From positions 19,296 to 83,295 of IMG/VR virus record IMGVR_UViG_3300045975_000444: DNA of 64,000 nt. One strand, given 5' to 3'. The DNA comes from a virus. A program made the translations under genes and the position numbers. Position 1 is the stretch's first letter. Every line of letters begins with the position of its first letter. Shown in pieces: positions 45,344 through 54,000 of the stretch. The notes below the pieces were generated by a model, which saw only the letters and a list, made by a program, of their open reading frames with translations, made no database searches and had not been told where the DNA came from.

Positions 45344-45885
45344 ATGATTCCTCGCTTTTCCCGCCGCCGAGCCCGCGCACGTTCGTTGTAGTGCGCGCGG
45401 GTTTCGGCACGCCAGACACGCTGAGCCTCCCTATACCGAGCACGGTTCCTCGGATCTGCCTTGTACGCTGCCTCTTGAGCCCGGCGACAGGGGAGGCATC
45501 GCCGCAACCCTTCACCGTCGATCCCGAACGGGCCTCCGCATTTCGGACAGCATGTCCTCTGCGCGAACCGCGCAGGGGAGCCGACGCCGCGGAGGATGTT
45601 CTCACGACGCGTGACTGGCTCCAGATGAAGTGGGTTCAAACATCCTCGGTTCCGGCAGAGATGATCCAACTCCAGCCCAGATGGAATCTCACCGATGAAG
45701 GTCCGGTAGGACCACCGATGGACGACAATCTGCTTCCCATCCACGTACACGACTCCGTAGCCCTGCGAGTTTCTGCCGTAAGGCCAGAGCCAGCACTCGT
45801 TGTCGAGCGGTCGCGCCGCGACGTTGGAGAGAAACCGTGCGATGTCCCCGCGCCGTGCCCTCATCGGAACGAGCACCAGGGTCAT
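45340..45885 (-). CDS. HNH homing endonuclease
   Basis: ECWLW..GYG...VHRWSY..FIGEIPSGLELDHLCRNRGCLNPLHLEPVTRREN; paralog of 1146-1673. Confidence 0.9.
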   Translation of the reverse strand: MTLVLVPMRARRGDIARFLSNVAARPLDNECWLWPYGRNSQGYGVVYVDGKQIVVHRWSYRTFIGEIPSGLELDHLCRNRGCLNPLHLEPVTRRENILRGVGSPARFAQRTCCPKCGGPFGIDGEGLRRCLPCRRAQEAAYKADPRNRARYREAQRVWRAETRAHYNERARARRREKRGII

Positions 45886-46829
45886 GCCACCCGAACCACC
45901 GCGGCGCGGCCGTCGAAGATCGCGTCGGCGTAGCCGCAAATTTGATCATGCCACCAGACGCGCTCAAGCCAGGCGTTAGGAATGGCCGACCGGCCGTAGA
46001 ACGCCCCGGCGATCTGGCCGGTGACCGCGCCGGTCGAGTCGGCGTCGTCGCCGAGATTCACGACGTCCAAGATCGCCTCCTCGAAGGAATCCGTTCTGGC
46101 GAACGCCCAGAGCGCGGCTTCGAGCGTCGTCACGGCCCAGCCCAAGCCCGAGACCTCGGGCTCCGCCTTCTTGCGGTACTCGCCGCGGACGATCCCGTGG
46201 AGGGTCGCCGGGTACTCGCGAAGGTGCTTCTCGGCCTGAAGGAGGACCTCGTCCTTCGGAGCGCCGAGGAGCGCCGCGCGCATGACGAGCCCGAGGATCT
46301 CGCACGCGGCGACCGGGACCGCGGCCGAGTGCGTCGTCTTCGAGCTGGCTCGCGCCAGGCGGCGGGTCGTATGCCGGTCGGGGAAGGCCCAGAGGACGGC
46401 GGGTGCCAGGCGCATGATCGAGCCGTTCCCCTCGCCGCGGCCGTCCTTGGGCTTGGCCGCCTCGATCTGCCCGGTGCGCCCGAAGGCTTCGAGCGCCGGC
46501 CGGACGGTGCCGCCGATGTCGAAGCACTCGCCCGTCGAGGAAAGATAGCCCTGGCGATACCACCGGCAGTACCGTTCGAGCTGGTCACGTGCATCGAAGC
46601 CACCCTGCTCGATCAAGCTCTCGGCCATGCAGAGCGCCATGGACGTGTCGTCGGTCCACTGGCCCGGCTCCAGGTCGAAGCACCCGCCGCCGACCATGTC
46701 GGAGACGGGCTCGAACTCGCCGCGCGACTCGAACTCGACCGCCGTCCCGACGGCGTCGCCGCAGGCCAATCCGAGGAGCGCGCCCCTGAAACGGTCGCGG
46801 AGCTGGTCAGTCTTCGAGGTCGTCGCCAT
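45882..46829 (-). CDS. ADP-ribosylglycohydrolase (DraG/ARH family)
   Basis: GALLGLACGDAVG; GQWTDDTSMAL; DIG; GNGSIMRLAP; TH; NLGDDADSTGAVTGQIAGAFYG. Confidence 0.95.
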   Translation of the reverse strand: MATTSKTDQLRDRFRGALLGLACGDAVGTAVEFESRGEFEPVSDMVGGGCFDLEPGQWTDDTSMALCMAESLIEQGGFDARDQLERYCRWYRQGYLSSTGECFDIGGTVRPALEAFGRTGQIEAAKPKDGRGEGNGSIMRLAPAVLWAFPDRHTTRRLARASSKTTHSAAVPVAACEILGLVMRAALLGAPKDEVLLQAEKHLREYPATLHGIVRGEYRKKAEPEVSGLGWAVTTLEAALWAFARTDSFEEAILDVVNLGDDADSTGAVTGQIAGAFYGRSAIPNAWLERVWWHDQICGYADAIFDGRAAVVRVA

Positions 46830-47826
46830 GGACGCTCCGGGCCTCTTCGAGGGTCCGGTGAGCGTGGCGAAGAGCCCACTCCCAGCCGTGCGTTGCGGCG
46901 ACCAGCGCCAGGACCTTCTGCTCGCCGGGCGTGTACTGCGCGGCCTCGGGCGGCACGTCTTGCCTTACATCGGGTATACTCATCGCGCTATGTCTAACAT
47001 AGCTCGCCTTCTCGCGCGAGTCGGCCTTCGCCTGATCCCAGGCGGCGCCCGAGTAGTAGCGCTCGGAGCGCTCGCCTTCGATCCAGCCCTCGCGACTCTT
47101 GGCCCGCGCCATGGAGCCATCGCGATCGCCCCCAGGCCAGCCCCCCCAGCGCATGAAGACGACGTCGGGCTCGTCGTCGCGAGCGAAGTTCCAGCCCTCG
47201 GGCGCGAAGTCGGGATTGAAGTGCATGCGCCCGGTCTCGACGAAGCCCGCCTGCGTGTAGAGGTTCCGGAGGTAGCCGTCGTAGGCATCGAGTGTCTTGC
47301 CGCCCCGGTCGATCGCCTCGAAGAGCGCGTCCACGCCCGAGCCTTTCGGGCCGCCGTTGTTGAAGAGGTTCTGAATGTCGCCGTCCGGGTCGAGCGCGAA
47401 GCCCACCCGGCCGTCGCGGGCGGTGAAGAGCTGATGGTCGCCGAGTGTGGCCGGGTCGAGCGGCGAGAGGTAGCCCGGCCGGGTCGTCTGGTTTCGCTGG
47501 CGGACGAACTCCTCGGGCGAGGCCACGTGCCAGGCAAGCCGCCACTTGCCACCGACCGGCACTCCCTTCGGGTGCCGCGGCTGCTCGGGGTTGTAGGCGA
47601 CCTCGCGCTCCCACCAGCGCAGGCTCGCCTCGTCGGCCGCCTCGACCTCCCACCAGCGCAGGATCGCCTCGTCGTCGGCCGGCTCGACTTCAGACTCCTT
47701 CGGCACGACGCCGATGATCTTCCCGTCGACGTCGCGCACGACCCGGTTCGGCTGGTCCGAGTCGACGTCCTTCGTCCGCTTCGGCCAGTCGGCGTTGGCG
47801 AGGTCGGCGTCGGGGTAGCGCTTCAT
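46807..47826 (-). CDS. tagged effector-like protein with GNAT-like domain
   Basis: WWEREVAYNPEQPRHPKGVPVGGKW tag; DGDIQNLFN...GSGVDAL..AIDRGGKTLDAYDGYLRNLYTQAGF GNAT-like pattern. Confidence 0.6.
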   Translation of the reverse strand: MKRYPDADLANADWPKRTKDVDSDQPNRVVRDVDGKIIGVVPKESEVEPADDEAILRWWEVEAADEASLRWWEREVAYNPEQPRHPKGVPVGGKWRLAWHVASPEEFVRQRNQTTRPGYLSPLDPATLGDHQLFTARDGRVGFALDPDGDIQNLFNNGGPKGSGVDALFEAIDRGGKTLDAYDGYLRNLYTQAGFVETGRMHFNPDFAPEGWNFARDDEPDVVFMRWGGWPGGDRDGSMARAKSREGWIEGERSERYYSGAAWDQAKADSREKASYVRHSAMSIPDVRQDVPPEAAQYTPGEQKVLALVAATHGWEWALRHAHRTLEEARSVHGDDLED

Positions 47827-47833
47827 CGGCCCG

Positions 47834-50800
47834 TCACCAGCGTAGGACGCGGAGCACATACTCGCCACCGAGGACGATGATCTCCTCCTCGTTCAGGCAC
47901 CCCGCACCCGTGCGCGCGGTCGAGAAGATGCGATCCCTCGGCACCTCGACCGCGAAGACGGTGCCGCCGCCCGCGAACTCCTTCGAGATGTTCGGGTTGG
48001 TCGAGAACGACGAGAGCGGCTGGAGCTGGACGGTGTCGCCGTCCGAGTAGTCCTCGGACACACCGCGGAAGAGCCAGAGCTTCTCGGGGCCGTCCTTGAG
48101 CGTCTCCTGCGTGTTGGCGTACATGGACTTGACCGACGACGTGAGCACCGCCTCGTGCTCCGAGGCGAGCGTCACGCCGCCTCCGAAGCCGTGCCCGAAG
48201 TGATCCATCTCGGCGTCTTCTAAGTTGAAGACCTTCTGCGCGGTCACTTGCACGGCGATCGCCCCCGAGTCGTGATCGCCCGAGGTCGCCGCCCACTTCT
48301 TGACGATGGCGTCGGCCGCGATCTCCGCCTCCTGGCCGCGCTCGGTCGTCGCCTCGGGGCTCACCGCTTCCCCGTAAGGGCGCTTGAAGGCCGCCTCGGT
48401 GTTGAACGCCCGGAGCTGGTCGTCCGAGACAGCGGCATCGGACGCCATCATGGCGCCGATCTCTTCCATGACCTTGTTCTTGGCCATCGAGGCGTGCGAC
48501 GTGTCATCGTAGTTGAGAAGATCGCGCGTCTCCTCGACGTTCGCGGCGCCCGATGCGCCGAGCGTCTCCTCGACGCTCAGGCGCCTCGACTCCTCCTGGT
48601 ACTCCTCCTGCGCCTCTGCCTCGGCCTCGGCCGCCGCCTCGTTGTCGGCCTCCTCGGACGACTTGTTGTGCTCGCGGTAGCCCTCGCGCGCCTGGCGGTC
48701 CTCGAAGTCGTCGTCGGACTCGCCTGGCGCCTGCTCGCCCTCGGTGAACTGGCCGTCGTAGTCCTTCCACGAGTCGAGCGCGACCTGATCGTAGTATTCG
48801 CTGCCGTAGTCGCCCTCCTCGTTCGCTTCCCAGTAGATCGCGCGGCCCTGGTCCTCCTGGACGCTCTCGGGCGGGCGCTCGTCGTTGTAGCCGCGCCACT
48901 CGTCGCGAGCCTGACGCGCGGCGTAGTCCTCGTCCGACTCGTTCGGGTGCTGCTGGTCGCGCGGCAGGCCATGGGCTTCGAGCGACGCCTCGACCTCGTC
49001 GTCGTGCGGCTCCCACTGGTCCAAGTTCCCCTGGTTGCTCCAGTCGTCCGCCTTCTCCTCGGCCTCCAGGCGCTTCTGCCCTTCCTCGGGCGTCGGCTCC
49101 ATGCCGGGGAAGGTCGTCTGGCCCTCGGGCGCCTGCTCGTGCTCCAGGGGCTTGAGTTCCTGCGCACGCTTCCAGGCCTCGTCGGCCTTGGCCTGCTTGG
49201 GCGAGATCTTCTTCTCGACCGGCGGGCCTTTCTCCTCGTCGTCGTCGTCCTCGTCGCCACCCGCCTCGCCTTCCTTCGAGGTGAACTGGCCGCCGTGCTC
49301 GCCGGACTTCACGTGATACGGGTTGTAGGCAAGCTCGCGCTCCCACCAGGCGACCGCGGCGTCCTCGATCAGCTCGGGCTCGCCGCGGACCAGCGTCTGG
49401 ACCTCGGGCGAATCCCAGACGGCGTCGATCGCCGCGTCTTCTTCGGGCGTCGTCCGGATCTCCTCCGCCTGCTCGATGGACTTCGGCTCGACCCCCTCGC
49501 GCGCAGCGACGAAGCGCACGCCCGAGCGCGACGCCGCAACCTTCACCGTGTAGCCGCGCTCCTTCAGGTAGTTCGCGAGCACCGTGCTCGACACCGAGTC
49601 CTCGTCGAGGTCGAAGTCCAGCTCGATCGAGTCGCCGTGCTCGCGCCAGAGGTCGCGCCCGGTCTTGGTCGACATGAGCTTCGACATCGAGACACCGCTC
49701 GTCGTCCAGCGCCCGCTTGCGTCGATGAAGCCCATGTCGCGCTGCCACTCGATCGGCTCGCGCTGAATCGCGCGCTCCATCGCACTCGACGCCGAGAAGT
49801 CGCCGTCGTACCCGAAGCGCGGCCAGGTGTAGTAGCCGACCATCCGCTCCTTGGGGTCGTCGGAGTCCTGGCGCGCAGCGTAGACGTGGATCTTCCCGAA
49901 CTCGCCGTTCTCGCGCGCGGCCTCGACCTGAGCCGCGAAGACTTCGAGGCCGGTCCCATCGGGCGCGTGCGGGTCCAAGAAGAACGACGAGTTGTAAAGT
50001 TCGCCCTCCTTGATTACCCGCGTCTGCTGGCCGCTCCAGGTGCGCCCGTCAGCACCCGTGCCGGTGATCTTCGACGTGATGTGGAGATTGCCGTCGTGGC
50101 CGTTGATCGTCGATCGGATCTCGACCTCGCCGTACTTCTCCAGCGCTTGGAGCCCGGTCAGCTCGACCGCTTGGCGCTCGCTCAGGCCGCGCGCTTCGAG
50201 GATCTGCCTCCCTTTCTCCGTCGCCGAGGCCGTGATCTGGCTCGTGCCCTCGGACCACTCGACCGGCGGCTGCTCCTCGTACTCCTCGCGCTCAAGCCGC
50301 TCCAGCTCCTCCTTCTCCTCGCGCTTGCGCTCGGCCTTCTCCTCGCGCTTCTGCTCCTGCTCGGCGACCCACTCGTCCATCGACTCGTTGGCTTCGCGGT
50401 ACTCGCCCCGGCGCTCGCGCGCGGCGTAGTCCTCGTCCGACTCGCCCTCGGCCTGGTTCATGTCGTCGAACGACTCGTCGTATGCCTTCCACTCGTCGAG
50501 CGCTTCGCGGTTGTAGTAGCTGCCGCCCTCGTCCGAGTAGTCGTCCTGCTCCCACTCTTGGGGATCGCCCCAGTCGTACTCGGGACGCTGGTCGTTTCGG
50601 TCGCGCCACTCGCCGCGAAGGACGCGCTCGGCGTGCTCCTCTTCCGACTCCTCCGGGTGGCGCTCCCAGTCGCCCTGACCAAGCTCGCGGTTGGCCTCGA
50701 TCACCGCCTCGTCGTAGGCTTCCCACTTGGCGAGCTGGTCCTCGTCGCTCGCCGCCCCCGGCTCCGGCTCCTCCTCGTCCTCGACGTCCTCGGCGATACC

Positions 50801-51088
50801 GGGGAGGCCCTTCTGGCCCGGAGCGGCCGGCTCGTGCTCGACCGGGCGGAGGTCCTGAGCGCGCTTCCACGCCTCGTCCGCCTTGACCTGCCTGGGCGAG
50901 ATGCGCTTCTCGACGGGCGGCCCCTTCTCTTCGTCCTCGTCTTCGTCCTCGCCGCCGTCGCCGCCTTCCTTCGTCGTGAACTGCCCGCCGTGCTCACCCG
51001 ACTTGACGTGATACGGGTTGAAGGCGACCGAGCGCTCCCACCAGGGATGCCCTGCGTCGCCAACCGCAGGTTCAGGCTGCAAGCTCAC
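47834..51088 (-). CDS. polyvalent protein: two tagged acidic modules carrying a GNAT-like domain and a C-terminal R-S-E ADP-ribosyltransferase
   Basis: duplicated ~230-aa leader WWERxxA[FY]NPYHVKSGEHGGQFT; GTGLEVFAAQV...GYYTWPRFGYD; LFRGV...LSSFST...NEEEIIVL; GTG at 51088 overlaps the portal-MuF end. Confidence 0.75.
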   Translation of the reverse strand: MSLQPEPAVGDAGHPWWERSVAFNPYHVKSGEHGGQFTTKEGGDGGEDEDEDEEKGPPVEKRISPRQVKADEAWKRAQDLRPVEHEPAAPGQKGLPGIAEDVEDEEEPEPGAASDEDQLAKWEAYDEAVIEANRELGQGDWERHPEESEEEHAERVLRGEWRDRNDQRPEYDWGDPQEWEQDDYSDEGGSYYNREALDEWKAYDESFDDMNQAEGESDEDYAARERRGEYREANESMDEWVAEQEQKREEKAERKREEKEELERLEREEYEEQPPVEWSEGTSQITASATEKGRQILEARGLSERQAVELTGLQALEKYGEVEIRSTINGHDGNLHITSKITGTGADGRTWSGQQTRVIKEGELYNSSFFLDPHAPDGTGLEVFAAQVEAARENGEFGKIHVYAARQDSDDPKERMVGYYTWPRFGYDGDFSASSAMERAIQREPIEWQRDMGFIDASGRWTTSGVSMSKLMSTKTGRDLWREHGDSIELDFDLDEDSVSSTVLANYLKERGYTVKVAASRSGVRFVAAREGVEPKSIEQAEEIRTTPEEDAAIDAVWDSPEVQTLVRGEPELIEDAAVAWWERELAYNPYHVKSGEHGGQFTSKEGEAGGDEDDDDEEKGPPVEKKISPKQAKADEAWKRAQELKPLEHEQAPEGQTTFPGMEPTPEEGQKRLEAEEKADDWSNQGNLDQWEPHDDEVEASLEAHGLPRDQQHPNESDEDYAARQARDEWRGYNDERPPESVQEDQGRAIYWEANEEGDYGSEYYDQVALDSWKDYDGQFTEGEQAPGESDDDFEDRQAREGYREHNKSSEEADNEAAAEAEAEAQEEYQEESRRLSVEETLGASGAANVEETRDLLNYDDTSHASMAKNKVMEEIGAMMASDAAVSDDQLRAFNTEAAFKRPYGEAVSPEATTERGQEAEIAADAIVKKWAATSGDHDSGAIAVQVTAQKVFNLEDAEMDHFGHGFGGGVTLASEHEAVLTSSVKSMYANTQETLKDGPEKLWLFRGVSEDYSDGDTVQLQPLSSFSTNPNISKEFAGGGTVFAVEVPRDRIFSTARTGAGCLNEEEIIVLGGEYVLRVLRW

Positions 51089-54000
51089 TCGCGACCTCCT
51101 CGGCCGAGAGCAGCGTCGTCCAGCAACGGCAATTTCGCGACGCGATCCTGCCCGTGCTAAAGTAGCCGACCTCCGACTGGAGGTCGAAGACATGGCCCAC
51201 GTACTTGAACCGGCGGAGTTGGACGATCTCGTCCGTCGTTACCAGGGAGGCGTCAGCCAAAAGCAACTCGCGGATGAACGCGGAGTTGCGGACTCGGTCG
51301 TAGCGCGCCTTCTCCGGCAACGGGGTGTTCCACTGCGCGGCCCGGCCGACTGTAAGCGAGTCGTCCCACTTGAAGTCGAGCCCATAGTCGTTCGGCGCTT
51401 CGTCGAGGGCCAGAGCGTGCTGGCCCTGGCGTGCGATCTGGGAGTGAATCGCGACGTGATCTACACCATCCTGCGACGTGCGGGGATGAAAGGCCGCACC
51501 CGGTCGGAAGCGGAGACCCTCAAGTGGCGGACCATGCGCGAGGACGCCGCGGCTGTCGAACGTCAACTCGCGAGGGCGTGGCTGGTTCGCCGCGGACGCA
51601 AGGGGCCGAATGGGGGAGAAGCGGGCGGGGGAATCGGCGCGCACGAGGTCGCGCTCGCCAGCGAACTCGCGGCGCGAGGCTTGGCGTTCAGACATCAATT
51701 TCGGATTCCCAAACCTCGGCCTGCCTTCGGGCGGGGCGTCAAGTCCTATTACCAAGTCGATCTCGCCTCGGACCCACTGCGCGTCGCCGTCGAGATCGAA
51801 AGCAAGTGGCTGATGAACCCGCGTGGTTCCGGCCGCCGCGAGCGCGTCGAAGACATCCTCGACGCGGGCTGGGCGCTGTTGTTCCTGGTCGTGCCCGAGA
51901 GGCGCACGCCCGTCAACATCGCCGCGCTCGCAGACTACGTGGTCGCCTTCGCGCAGGTCGCATGCCTTAACGATGCCGCGCGCGGTCAGTATGGGATGAT
52001 TGACCGTTACGGTCACCGTATCGCCCCGGCGCGTTCGCACTTCGATGGCCTCGCCCGCGTACAGGGCTTTTAGCCCGCCCAGGAAGCGGCCCCCGACGAG
52101 CGTCCCCGGCAGGACGCAGTTGATGGTCTGGTCCGGGTCGGCGTTGGGGTCGCCGGGGTAGGTGAGCCCGAAGCCGAACTCCGAGCCGACCGGGACGGCG
52201 GTGCCGTGCAGCTCCTGATGCGACGGGCGGACGCGCTCGTCGGCCATCGAAAGCCAGCGCCACCAGATCTCGCGGTCAAGCTCCGGCCCCTGGAGCTGCG
52301 CCAGCGCGGCCCGCCCGGCGTTGGCGGCGTTGTACGCCTCTTCGTCGCCCCAAAGCTGGCCCCGGCCCTCGAACTCGCCGCCGCCGGTGAGCGTCGGGCG
52401 AAGCGCGCCCATCAGCTCCTTCGAGATCGTCCCAACCGCCGCGCCCTCCAGGACGAGGCCCGACTCGACGACGAGTAAGATGTCGCGCCGAACGCGCTCC
52501 AGGGCATCGCCGACGAGTGCCCGGCGACGCGAGAGATACGCCTCGCGCTGCGCCTCGGCGCGGGCCAGGAGCGCCGCGCCGACCGTCGCCCCGGCGGCGA
52601 GCCAGCCGAGCCCGCGCATCTCCTCGTGCATGGTCTCGACGCCCTCGTCGAAGGCCTCGCCGGCCTCGTCCAGGATGTCGTCGATGACCGAGTCGAGGCC
52701 GATGTTCTCAACCAGCGGGTCGACGAGCTGCGGGTCGACGGCGCCGAAATAGTAGCGACCCTTCGAGTCGGTCAGGATCTCCTTGCCCTCGGGCTCGGGC
52801 TCGCCCGCGAGGAGCCGGATCTTCGGGCGCTTGTCCTTCAACTTCCAGAGCCGGTCGTTGACGGTCTTGAAGGCCCGGTTGACGCCGCGCTCGTAGATCT
52901 TGCGGATCTTCTTGGAGTACGGCGACACGCGCCCCTGAAAGGCGATCGACGCTTCGGTCTCGCGCGGGGTCGACTGGGCGACCAGGCGATCGAAGGCGGC
53001 GGCGGTCACGCCGACCCGGTGGGCGCGCGCTTCGAGTGAGTCGAGCTGCTCGGTCGAGAGCACCGCCGCGGCCGAGAGGCGGGCGCCGGCAAGGGCCGCG
53101 CGCACCCGCGCGGCACGCGTGCCCTCGCCCTGATCGTCGACGCCCTCGGAGCGATCGTCCTCGCCCTTTTTCTTGGGCTCCGCATCCTCGGGCGTCTCGT
53201 CGTCGTCGGTCGAGTCGAACTCGGGCGGCCGGCCGCCGCCACCGGGCGCAGGCCCGCCCGGTCCGGCGAAGGGGGCGAGTTGCGGCGGCGGCTCGGGCGG
53301 GTTCTTGGCCTGCTCCAATCTGAGCTGGATCTCCTCCATGGTGAGGAGCCCGGCCGCCAGGAAGCCCAGGTCCTTCCCTTCGTAGTCCTCCAGGGCGAGC
53401 GAGGTGATGCGCGCGCACTCGTCCATCGGCACGCCCATCGCGAAGAGGCGCGAGGCGTACTCGATCGCCTCGCCGAAGTCGTCCTGGGCTGCCTTCACCT
53501 CCGACCAGTCGAACGCGAACTCAAGCGACGGCTCGACCTCGGCGACGATCTGCTGCGACACGCCGTCGGCAAAGCGCTCCGAGAGCGGCTCGATGGTCGC
53601 GGTGTGGCGCATGCGATTGAGGATCGCCATGCCCTCGCGCCCGAAGCCGGTCGACTCGTAGACGTTCAGGTCGATCAGCGGCACGCCGTGGGCGCGCGCG
53701 ATCTCCTCGACCATGTAGCGCCGGGCGTTGATCTCGTCGGCCTCGACCGCGGTCATGCCGAGGCGCTCGACCTTCCAGTCGCTGCCGAGCCCGGCGACGC
53801 CGCCGCGCTCGTCGGCCATCTGGCGGCGGAACTCGGCCAAGAAGGCCTTGAGTTCCTGGTCCTGCGTCCCGGCCCTCTGGTTCATCAAGAGGAGCGCGGG
53901 GAGGCCACCCTTCATCTGGCGGTTTCGGCCCTGGAGCGCGTACCAGTAGTCGGTCTCGACAGCGAGCCGGCACGCCTCCATCGGGCCGACGCCGCGGTGA

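Noticed and set aside
48600-51050. Diversity-generating retroelement TR/VR pair suggested by the duplicated leader
   Set aside because: The differences are not adenine-specific, both copies are in frame within one ORF, and no reverse transcriptase is present.
48248-51160. 970-aa + strand ORF and other long antisense ORFs (26335-28851, 36983-38806, 24673-26310, most of 53280-55373)
   Set aside because: These are shadow frames of GC-rich genes, with L/V/R/G-rich composition, no motifs and no RBS. The 51192-52073 ORF differs in having recognisable domains and an RBS.
51132-52118. Group I/II intron or IS interrupting MuF
   Set aside because: The insertion is in frame (987 nt) with protein-splicing motifs at both ends, and has no terminal inverted repeats or target duplication.
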